From positions 1-12,771 of the forward strand of contig CBDANQ010000033.1 of NCBI GenBank assembly GCA_965197725.1: 12,771 nt of DNA, in the 5' to 3' direction. The translations under genes and the position numbers were made by a program. The notes under the pieces were generated by a model that saw only the letters and a list, made by a program, of their open reading frames with translations, was not told where the DNA came from and did not search any database. This DNA is from Longimicrobiales bacterium (GTDB lineage Bacteria; Gemmatimonadota; Gemmatimonadetes; Longimicrobiales; Gaopeijiaceae). Shown piece after piece: positions 5,735 through 12,771 of the stretch. Numbering within the stretch: position 1 is the first letter of the stretch; every line of letters starts with the position of its first letter.

Positions 5735-7858
5735 ATGAAGATCCATAGGTCTCGACCGTTCTCGCTCGTGGGCGTCGCGCCCCGGTTGGTGCTCGTCGTG
5801 TTCGTCGCTGCGTGTGACCCGGTCAGGCCGGACGCGGCCGAGCCACCTTCCCTCAGACCGCGAGACGGGTTGCTCACTGACGCCACGTTGCAAGGCGTGG
5901 TTGACCTCCAGGTACAGCGGGACGGGGGCGCGCTCGTCAGCATGTTGACGCACGAAAGGGCCGACGTGCGTGCGCGCGCGGCGCTCGCTCTCGGTTCGGT
6001 TCAGGCCGCTGAGGCGCTCGCGCCCTTGCTGGCGGCGGTTCGCGAGGACCTCGACCCCAACGTACGCCGCGATGCCGCGTTCACCCTCGGACAGCTGGGC
6101 CAGGCCTCGTCGGTGCGGGGATTGGCAGCCGCCTTCGAGGCGGAATCCGACGCGGACGTGCGTGACCGCATCCTGGAGGCGCTCGGCAAGATCGCTTCGC
6201 CGGAGGCCACGAACGCCTTGCTCTCCGCGGAGGTCACGGCTGCGGAGCAGGGGCGCAGGGCGCTGGCGCTCTCGGTGAACGCCGCCGTGAAAGGAGTGCG
6301 AAGCCCGGCGGCCCAGGACTTCCTGTTGGCGCGGCTCGACGACGCGGACGCTGACGTCCGAGCCGGTGCGGCCTATTACTTCGGCCACCAGGCAGATGGC
6401 TCGGGCTGGTCCGCTCGTGTGTCGCGGGTACGAGACGCGCTCCGCGCCTATCGGCGGGATGATCCGGCCGCGATGTACCTGATCCAGGCTCTGGGGCGGA
6501 TCTCGGATCCGTCCGACACGGATCGCCTCGCCGACTGGGCTCGATCGGCCACGGACTGGCGTAGCCGGAGCAACGCCATGGTCGCGCTCGCGGGCCGGGA
6601 GCTGGAGCCGGCAGCGCGGGACGCGTTGATGGCGGGTCTGGACGACCCGATGGAGCACGTGGCCATGAACTCAGCCACCGCGCTGGCCGGGAGCGCCCAG
6701 CCGCCGTCAGTGCTGGGTAGGCTCAAAAGCTGGATCGAGCGGAACCCAACGCGCACGGTCGTGATGGAGCCGCTCATCGTCATGCTCGCGAGGCAGAATG
6801 AGCGAGAGTTCGTCCTGGGCTGGCTCGACGCCCTCGACGAGACCGACGAAGACGGCTGGCGGATCGGGCTGTCCGCGATAGGCTCCTTGAGCGGCCGCGA
6901 GGCTCTGGATCGTCTCCGGGTCGCCCTGAACTCGCCGTCCGAGTCGATTGCCACGTCCGCTGTGGCGGCGATGAGTCAGCGTTGGGCTGGGGACAAGCGA
7001 GATCCCCAGTTGCGGGATGTGTACTTTGCGATCTTCTCGGAGGCGCTGAACAGCGGCAATCCACAGCTCGAGTTCACGGCCGGGCAGATCCTGACCGATC
7101 CGCTGCTTTTCCCGCTGGGAAGCCAGCAGCTCCTGTTGGACGCATACCAGCTCAGACTGACGCAAAACGAAAGCCGAGAGGCCGCCGAGTTTCTGCGGCT
7201 GATCGCGGTGACCGAGGCTCCGGGGGCCGAAGCGCTTCTGCGGCAGGCACTGGAGCACCCCGCCGCGGTGGTCCGTCTCATCGCGGCGAGCGGGATCGAG
7301 CGACTCACCGGGGAGCTCATCGAGGTCGACACCGACGAAGACGCGCCCGTGGTCCGGCGAGGGAGCGTCGACCTCGAGTATGACCCGACCGTCATCGACT
7401 GGACCTATCTGGAGACGATCGGGGACAGCCCGCGAATCGCATTCGACACCAACCGGGGCCGGGTGTTGCTCGAGCTGGATACCGAGCAGGCCCCGCACGC
7501 CGTGCAGACGATTACGCGCTTGATCCGCGAGGGACGCTTCGACGGTGTGCCGTTCCACCGCGTCATCCCCAATTTCGTGGCCCAGGGGGGAGACGTGGAC
7601 GGAGGCACCGGCAGAGGCGGCCCCGGCTTCCAGATCACCAGCGAGTTCAACCAGTTGCCGTACGTGCGCGGCGCGATCGGCCTCGCGAGTGCCGGCAAGG
7701 ACACCGAGGGCTCTCAGTTCTTCCTCACCCATACGCGGCTTCCACACCTCGACGGTGGATATACCGTGTTTGGGTGGGTGGTCGAGGGGCTAGGCGTGAT
7801 GGACAGCATCATGCGAGGAGACCAAATCGTCACCGCGTCGGTGATCACGCGTGGGTAG
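5735..7858 (+). CDS. HEAT-repeat lipoprotein with a C-terminal cyclophilin-type peptidyl-prolyl isomerase
   Basis: ATG 5735, 5 nt after the OMP stop; lipobox VFVAAC. HEAT/PBS-lyase-like repeats include DVRARAALALG, NVRRDAAFTLG, DVRDRILEALG, DVRAGAAYYFG and VVRLIAASGI. Cyclophilin motifs: FHRVIPNFVAQGGD, GLASAGKDTEGSQFFLT, PHLDGGYTVFG. 707 aa. Confidence 0.92.
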   Translation: MKIHRSRPFSLVGVAPRLVLVVFVAACDPVRPDAAEPPSLRPRDGLLTDATLQGVVDLQVQRDGGALVSMLTHERADVRARAALALGSVQAAEALAPLLAAVREDLDPNVRRDAAFTLGQLGQASSVRGLAAAFEAESDADVRDRILEALGKIASPEATNALLSAEVTAAEQGRRALALSVNAAVKGVRSPAAQDFLLARLDDADADVRAGAAYYFGHQADGSGWSARVSRVRDALRAYRRDDPAAMYLIQALGRISDPSDTDRLADWARSATDWRSRSNAMVALAGRELEPAARDALMAGLDDPMEHVAMNSATALAGSAQPPSVLGRLKSWIERNPTRTVVMEPLIVMLARQNEREFVLGWLDALDETDEDGWRIGLSAIGSLSGREALDRLRVALNSPSESIATSAVAAMSQRWAGDKRDPQLRDVYFAIFSEALNSGNPQLEFTAGQILTDPLLFPLGSQQLLLDAYQLRLTQNESREAAEFLRLIAVTEAPGAEALLRQALEHPAAVVRLIAASGIERLTGELIEVDTDEDAPVVRRGSVDLEYDPTVIDWTYLETIGDSPRIAFDTNRGRVLLELDTEQAPHAVQTITRLIREGRFDGVPFHRVIPNFVAQGGDVDGGTGRGGPGFQITSEFNQLPYVRGAIGLASAGKDTEGSQFFLTHTRLPHLDGGYTVFGWVVEGLGVMDSIMRGDQIVTASVITRG

Positions 7859-7969
7859 GGAACGCCCGACTCTGAGCCTCGCCCGATACCAGGCAAGCGG
7901 CTGACGCGTCGAGCTTCTCCTCGCACCATTTGGCACTAAACACCGTTATCGCCTTAAGAGCCTCGGTCA

Positions 7970-7998
7970 TTGACCGATCGTCGTATCAGGTTTACAGT
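7970..7998 (+). promoter_or_regulatory. sigma70-type promoter of the tetR-efflux operon
   Basis: TTGACC (7970-7975), 17-nt spacer, TACAGT (7993-7998). The ATG at 8005 falls at the expected +1 position. Confidence 0.75.
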
Positions 7999-8004
7999 GT
8001 TCAC
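7990..8004. promoter_or_regulatory. Putative TetR operator overlapping the -10 element
   Basis: Imperfect palindrome GTTTACAGTGTTCAC (GT-n2-ACA-n-TGT-n2-AC). A related site, CTAAACACCGTTATC, lies at 7936-7950. Confidence 0.55.
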
Positions 8005-8643
8005 ATGTCATGCCAACGAGATAAGATCCTGGCCGCTGCCGTCGAGCTCTACTTGCGGGATGGGCTCGACGGTTTCTCGATGCGGAAGCTCGCCAAGCAA
8101 GTCGGGGTGACGGCGCCGGCACTGTACCGGCACTACGACGGGAAGGAGCACGTGCTCGCGGACGTGGTTCGTGAGGCTCACCGTGCCTTCATGTCGTACA
8201 TCTACCGGGCGATCGAGGCGCCGACTCCACTCGAGCGCTTCGTCGGCGCTGGCGAGGGCTATCTCGACTTCGCGCTAGAGCATCCGCGGTGGCACTCGAT
8301 AATGTACTTCGGTCCTGAGCAGCTCGGCATGGATGAAATGCCGGCGGATATCGAGGCGATGAGCGCCGCCCGCCACCAATTCTGGATCGATCGCGTGCGT
8401 GAGTGCATAGACGCCGGGATCCTGAAGGACGGAGATCCCTCACAGACAGGCCTCACGATGTGGGCGCACGCGTATGGACTGGTGCAGCTGTACCGCCAGG
8501 GGCATTTCCACATCGACGAGACGGCGTTCCGCGCGCTCTTCAAGGAATCGGGTGCGCGCCTCATGAAGGGGGTCGCTACCGATGCGTTCGCCGCCGACCT
8601 CGCCGAGCGGGATATCGGTGCTTCGGCCTCCGTCGAAGCCTGA
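8005..8643 (+). CDS. TetR/AcrR family transcriptional regulator with a WHG-like C-terminal domain
   Basis: MSCQRDKILAAAVELYLRDGLDGFSMRKLAKQVGVTAPALYRHY is a TetR HTH. The C-terminal part has GEGYLDFALEHP and MWAHAYGLVQL. 212 aa from ATG 8005. Confidence 0.95.
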   Translation: MSCQRDKILAAAVELYLRDGLDGFSMRKLAKQVGVTAPALYRHYDGKEHVLADVVREAHRAFMSYIYRAIEAPTPLERFVGAGEGYLDFALEHPRWHSIMYFGPEQLGMDEMPADIEAMSAARHQFWIDRVRECIDAGILKDGDPSQTGLTMWAHAYGLVQLYRQGHFHIDETAFRALFKESGARLMKGVATDAFAADLAERDIGASASVEA

Positions 8644-8659
8644 GAAGGGAAGAAATAGG

Positions 8660-10135
8660 ATGATGCGAATAGATAGAGTCCGGCTGAGCGACTCAGCACC
8701 GGCAGCGTTCATGCTGTTGACAGCCGTGTCGATCTCGCCTCGGACACTCGACGCCCAAGAGTCGGACTTTGTAATGGGCCTGGAGCAGGTCGTGCGCACC
8801 GCGCTCGGCCGCAACCGAGACGTCATCGTGGCCCGGCTGGGGCTCCGCGAGGCGAACGAGCGCGTCTCCGAGGCGCGGAGCGACGTCTACCCCACGGTAG
8901 ACTTCAACGTGGGGTACACGCGCAACGTGTCCGCCCCAGTGAACTTCTTGCCGGCTTCGATCTTCGATCCAACGGCGGGGCCGGACGACTTCATCGGCGT
9001 GCGGTTCGGCGCGGACAACCAGTGGGCGTCGTCCATCGACGTGGAGCAGCCGCTCTTCCGACCGAGTGTGTTCGTGGCGCTCGGCGCGGCTGGCCGTTTC
9101 CAGAGCCTCCAGGAAGAGTCCGTGCGTGGCCAGACTCAGGTCGTGGTGACGCGAGTCCGAGTGGCTTACTACCAGCTTCTGTTGGCGCAGGAGCAGGTGC
9201 GCCTGACCGAGAACTCGCTGCATCGTGTGCGTAGGTCACTCCAGGAGACGCAGGCGTTGCACCGTGCGGGGTTGGCGTCGGAGTACGACGTGCTCCGGCT
9301 CCAGGTCGAGCTCGCGAATCTGGAGCCCAACATGCGGCGCGCTGAGAATGCCTCGATGCAGGCACGACGGCAGATCGCGGTGGAACTCGACATCTCAGAC
9401 CAGGAGTCGCTGGAGGTCACGGGCTCGCTCGCTGAGATGAATCTCGAGGACCTGGGAGCCAACACACGGGCGAACCGAGAGATTCTGGCATTCACGGGTT
9501 TCCAAGGCGGTATAGGCGATGCGGTACGGGTCGCGAGTGAGCTGCGGTCCGACGTACGTCAACTCGAACTCAGCGAGGACCTACGCCGTAGCGAGATGCG
9601 ACTCGAACAGGTGAGCTACCTTCCGGAAGTTACTCTGTTTGGGAACTACATCATCAGCGCGCAGGACAACGGCAGTCCGAACTTTTTCGCGCGTGGGGAC
9701 GGGCAACGCGCCTACTCCCGGCTGGTTGGGGTGCGGGTGAGCCTCCCGATCTTCCAGGGCTTCCGCCGTGACGCGCGCATCGACCAGAAGCGCGCGCTCG
9801 TTCGTCAGGCCGAAGCCCAGACACAAAGCGGCGTCGACCAGGCGGTAGCGCAGGTAAAGGGCCTGGTTGAGGCGACCGACGAGACGCGCCTGCGTGCACG
9901 GGGGCAGCGCCTGGCGGTCGCTCAGGCCGAGCGTGGCTTCGAGATCGCCAGCGCACAGTATCGGGAGGGGCTCAGCAGCCAACTGGAGCTCACGGACTCG
10001 GAGGTCGCGCTTCGGCAGAGCGAGTTCAACTACGCACAGGCTGTTTACGACTACTTGGTGGCTCGGGCTCAGCTCGACGAGGCGACGGGGCGTGTCCCTC
10101 TCGTGGACGTCGACGCACAGGGCGACCGTTTCTAG
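8660..10135 (+). CDS. TolC-family outer-membrane efflux protein (OMF)
   Basis: Signal peptide ending in TLDA|QE. Two OEP repeats with RVAYYQLLLA, GLASEYDVLR, VSLPIFQG and QYREGLSSQLELTDSE...AVYDYLVARAQLDEATG. Start is ATG 8660 or 8663. Confidence 0.93.
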   Translation: MMRIDRVRLSDSAPAAFMLLTAVSISPRTLDAQESDFVMGLEQVVRTALGRNRDVIVARLGLREANERVSEARSDVYPTVDFNVGYTRNVSAPVNFLPASIFDPTAGPDDFIGVRFGADNQWASSIDVEQPLFRPSVFVALGAAGRFQSLQEESVRGQTQVVVTRVRVAYYQLLLAQEQVRLTENSLHRVRRSLQETQALHRAGLASEYDVLRLQVELANLEPNMRRAENASMQARRQIAVELDISDQESLEVTGSLAEMNLEDLGANTRANREILAFTGFQGGIGDAVRVASELRSDVRQLELSEDLRRSEMRLEQVSYLPEVTLFGNYIISAQDNGSPNFFARGDGQRAYSRLVGVRVSLPIFQGFRRDARIDQKRALVRQAEAQTQSGVDQAVAQVKGLVEATDETRLRARGQRLAVAQAERGFEIASAQYREGLSSQLELTDSEVALRQSEFNYAQAVYDYLVARAQLDEATGRVPLVDVDAQGDRF

Positions 10136-10144
10136 GTGGGATAG

Positions 10145-11308
10145 ATGACGATGAAGAAGGTCATGGAGAATAGGGAGAAGGAGAATAGGGAGAATAGGGA
10201 GAATAGAGAGAATAGAGAGACGACGCGGGCACGGATGAGCCGAGTACCAGCGGTGCCAGCGGTGCTGGCGACGCTCGCGATGGCGGGGTGTGGTGCGGTT
10301 CAGGCCGACAGAGTGGATGACGCACCCGGTGGCGAGGCGTCCGTACGCGTCATCAACGTCGAGACCTCGACGGTGACTCCCCGGGAATTCGTAGAGGATA
10401 TCCGGCTCACCTCGGCGGTCATGGCCAACCAAGACGTGCTCGTCGCGGCCGAGGAGAGCGGAGTCATTCGAGAGATCTTCCTGGACAAGGGCTCCAGGGC
10501 CTCGGCCGGGGACGCAATCGCGAAGATCGACGACAAGGTGCTCTCGGCCGACGTGGACCAGGCCCGCGCCCGGGCCGAGCTCGCCTCCCAAACGTGGGAA
10601 CGCCGCAGGCGCCTCTGGGAGGAGGATCAGGTCGGCTCGGAGATTGCCTACCTCGAGGCGAAGTTCGGCCAAGAGCAGGCCGCCGCCAACCTCGCGGGCC
10701 TCGAGGAGCGGCTCGCGCGCACGGTCATCCGCGCGCCGTTCTCTGGTATCTTCGACGAGCGGCACATCGCGGTAGGGTCCATGGTGAGTCCGGGTCAGTC
10801 GGTGGGCCGCCTCGTCGATCTGAACCCGGTGAGGGTGGTCGCCGGAGTTCCCGAGCGGTACGCCGCCGACGTGGTGGTAGGCGCTCAGGCCATGCTGACT
10901 TTCGACGTGCTCGGTGATGAGCTCTTCTCGGCGCCGATCCGCTACGTCGGCTCGACCGTGGATCCGGGGAACCGGACGTTCCTGATCGAGGTCGTGCTCC
11001 CTAACCCCAACGGTCTCATCAAGCCGCAGATGGTGGCGAATATGTCAGTGACGCGGCGAGAGGTCGCCAACGCGATCGTCGTGCCACAGGATGCGCTCGT
11101 GCGCGTAGAGGGCGGGTACGTCGTGTTCGTGGTCTCGGAGCGGGATGAGGATAAGGTGGCGGAGGTGCGCGCGGTCGAGCTCGGACCGACGCGTCGCAAC
11201 CTCGTCGTGGTCGAAGCTGGCATCGAGTCCGGAGATCAGCTCATCGTCGTGGGTCAGAAGACCGTGTCTGACGGCGACCGCGTCCGTGTGGTCGGTCAGA
11301 GGCACTGA
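10145..11308 (+). CDS. RND efflux periplasmic adaptor (MFP), lipoprotein; start uncertain (10145, 10151, 10163 or 10235)
   Basis: Lipobox LAMAGC, lipoyl half-motifs VAAEESGVI and IRAPFSGI, a coiled-coil hairpin, VDPGNRTF, IKPQMVA, IVVPQDAL and GIESGDQLIVVGQ. Confidence 0.93.
   Translation: MTMKKVMENREKENRENRENRENRETTRARMSRVPAVPAVLATLAMAGCGAVQADRVDDAPGGEASVRVINVETSTVTPREFVEDIRLTSAVMANQDVLVAAEESGVIREIFLDKGSRASAGDAIAKIDDKVLSADVDQARARAELASQTWERRRRLWEEDQVGSEIAYLEAKFGQEQAAANLAGLEERLARTVIRAPFSGIFDERHIAVGSMVSPGQSVGRLVDLNPVRVVAGVPERYAADVVVGAQAMLTFDVLGDELFSAPIRYVGSTVDPGNRTFLIEVVLPNPNGLIKPQMVANMSVTRREVANAIVVPQDALVRVEGGYVVFVVSERDEDKVAEVRAVELGPTRRNLVVVEAGIESGDQLIVVGQKTVSDGDRVRVVGQRH
10166..10220 (+). repeat. 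Purine-rich 9-bp tandem repeat, GAGAATAG[G/A] x5 plus partial units
   Basis: GAGAATAGG GAGAAG GAGAATAGG GAGAATAGG GAGAATAGA GAGAATAGA GAGA. It encodes ENR-EK-ENR-ENR-ENR-ENR-E in the MFP frame. Confidence 0.95.
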
Positions 11309-11313
11309 GAATC

Positions 11314-12771
11314 ATGAATAGAGACGGGCAAGAAGACGGGAGAAGCGGCACGGAGCCGCCGCCGGACTTCAGCATGCTCGAGCGCTTCAAGGAGTTTCGC
11401 GCAACGAGCTTCGCGATCGAGCACCGCACCTCGATGATGGTCATGCTAGTCATCATCACGCTCATGGGCGCGCTCTCGTACCGGGCGATCCCGAAGGAGT
11501 CGTTTCCCGAGGTCGCGATCCCGATGGTTGCCATCAATACGATCTATGCGGGGGTGTCTCCGGCGGACGTCGAGAGCCAGGTCACGCGCGTGATCGAGGA
11601 GGAGTTGTCGACGATCAGCGACATCGAGGAGCTGACTTCGACCTCCATCGAGGGATACTCGAGCATCACTGCGCAGTTCGGCACGGCGGTCAACCTGGAT
11701 GAAGCGCTGCAAAAGGTGCGTGAGAAGGTCGACCTCGCGAAGCCCGATCTGCCGGACGACGCGGAGGAACCGACGACCGTCGAGATCAACTTCTCCGAAA
11801 TCCCCATCATGCAGGTGAACCTATCCGGAGACTACGGATTGATCCGGCTGAAGGAGCTGGCGGAGGATCTTCAGGACGGGATCGAGGCGATTCCCGCCGT
11901 GCTGAGAGCGGACCTGCGCGGTGGACTCGAGCGCGAAGTGAAGGTCGATGTCGATCTCGCGCGCCTACAGTTCTATGGGGTCGAACTCGAGGACGTAATC
12001 GAAGCGATCCGGAACGAGAACGTGAACATCCCTGGTGGCTCTATCGACGTTGGAGACACGAAATACCTGGTACGCGTGGACGGTGAGTTCGACGATCCGA
12101 CGCTCATCGCGGACCTCGTCGTCAAGATCGAGGGCGGTCGCCCGATCTACATCCGCGACGTCGCCACGGTCGACTTCGGCTTCGCGGAGCGTGAGACGTT
12201 CGCGCGCATGGAGGGAAGCGCCGTAGTCACGCTCGACGTGGTGAAGCGCTCCGGCGAGAACATCATCGAGACCGCGACGGCGGTGAAGGCCGAAGTGGAC
12301 GCGATGCTACCGCTGATGCCGCCGACCACGTCAATCGTCATCACGTCCGACCAGTCGGAACAGATCGAGGAGATGGTTTCGAGCCTGGAGAACAACATCG
12401 TCAGCGGTCTCATCCTGATCGTCGTCATCCTGTTGTTCTTCTTGGGGGCAGGCACGTCGATGTTCGTGGCAATTTCGATCCCGGCGTCGATGTTCCTGTC
12501 CTTCGTTCTGTTGAGGCTCATGGGCATGACGATGAACATGATCGTGCTCTTCAGCCTCATCCTCGCGCTCGGCATGCTGGTCGACAACGCCATCGTCGTA
12601 GTCGAAAACATCTACCGGTATCTGGAAGAGGGTTGGGACCGCACGCTCGCCGCGAAGAAGGCCACGGGAGAAGTCGCGGTGCCGATCATCGCTGCGACAG
12701 CGACGACGCTGGCCGCGTTCACCCCGCTGCTTTTCTGGCCCGGAGAGATCGGCGAGTTCATGGGCTACATG
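11314..12771 (+). CDS. RND efflux permease (AcrB/AcrD/AcrF family), truncated by the window edge
   Basis: Not in the ORF track; translated by hand from ATG 11314 (alternative ATG 11374): ...SFAIEHRTSMMVMLVIITLMGALSYRAIPKESFPEVAIP...YAGVSPADVESQVTRVIEE...NVNIPGG...IRDVATV...AISIPAS...LALGMLVDNAIVVVENIYR...AAFTPLLFWPGEIGEFMGYM. The frame is open to the end of the window. Confidence 0.96.
   Translation, partial: MNRDGQEDGRSGTEPPPDFSMLERFKEFRATSFAIEHRTSMMVMLVIITLMGALSYRAIPKESFPEVAIPMVAINTIYAGVSPADVESQVTRVIEEELSTISDIEELTSTSIEGYSSITAQFGTAVNLDEALQKVREKVDLAKPDLPDDAEEPTTVEINFSEIPIMQVNLSGDYGLIRLKELAEDLQDGIEAIPAVLRADLRGGLEREVKVDVDLARLQFYGVELEDVIEAIRNENVNIPGGSIDVGDTKYLVRVDGEFDDPTLIADLVVKIEGGRPIYIRDVATVDFGFAERETFARMEGSAVVTLDVVKRSGENIIETATAVKAEVDAMLPLMPPTTSIVITSDQSEQIEEMVSSLENNIVSGLILIVVILLFFLGAGTSMFVAISIPASMFLSFVLLRLMGMTMNMIVLFSLILALGMLVDNAIVVVENIYRYLEEGWDRTLAAKKATGEVAVPIIAATATTLAAFTPLLFWPGEIGEFMGYM

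Noticed and set aside
7931..7945. TGGCAC as a sigma54 -24 element (also at about 2882 and 4530)
   Set aside because: None has TTGC at the required -12 spacing.
3894..8660. Longest-ORF starts at 3894, 4581, 5570, 7930 and 8582
   Set aside because: They overlap upstream genes or the promoter, or bury the signal peptide. Downstream ATGs (4062, 4620, 5735, 8005, 8660) fit the SD, signal peptide or promoter positions better.
10166..10220. Repeat as a CRISPR array or phase-variation switch
   Set aside because: The units are 9 bp with no spacers and no cas genes, and the unit length preserves the reading frame.

Overview
GC-rich bacterial chromosomal segment. The gene repertoire suggests Gemmatimonadota or a similar diderm; this is inference, not checked. 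Left to right it holds: a lipoprotein metallo-amidohydrolase of the D-aminoacylase-like clan (- strand, runs off the left edge); an orphan 3' fragment of a DUF4159-like gene jammed against that gene's RBS, probably a rearrangement or assembly breakpoint; a REC-PAS-PAS protein with no output domain (-); a stand-alone GGQ peptidyl-tRNA hydrolase/ribosome-rescue factor (-); a + strand envelope cluster (AI-2E family transporter, uncharacterised WxAHG/SGCSID protein, POTRA-less Omp85-like barrel, HEAT-repeat/cyclophilin lipoprotein); and a TetR-TolC-MFP-RND efflux operon that runs off the right edge. I saw no rRNA, tRNA, CRISPR array or mobile element, and I cannot demonstrate a clearly new system. 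The best leads, all hypotheses, are the Omp85-like barrel plus HEAT-PPIase pair, a polyproline mini-ORF coupled by an ATGA overlap to the REC-PAS gene, the hybrid GGQ factor, the leaderless autoregulated TetR, and a purine-rich 9-bp tandem repeat in the efflux operon.
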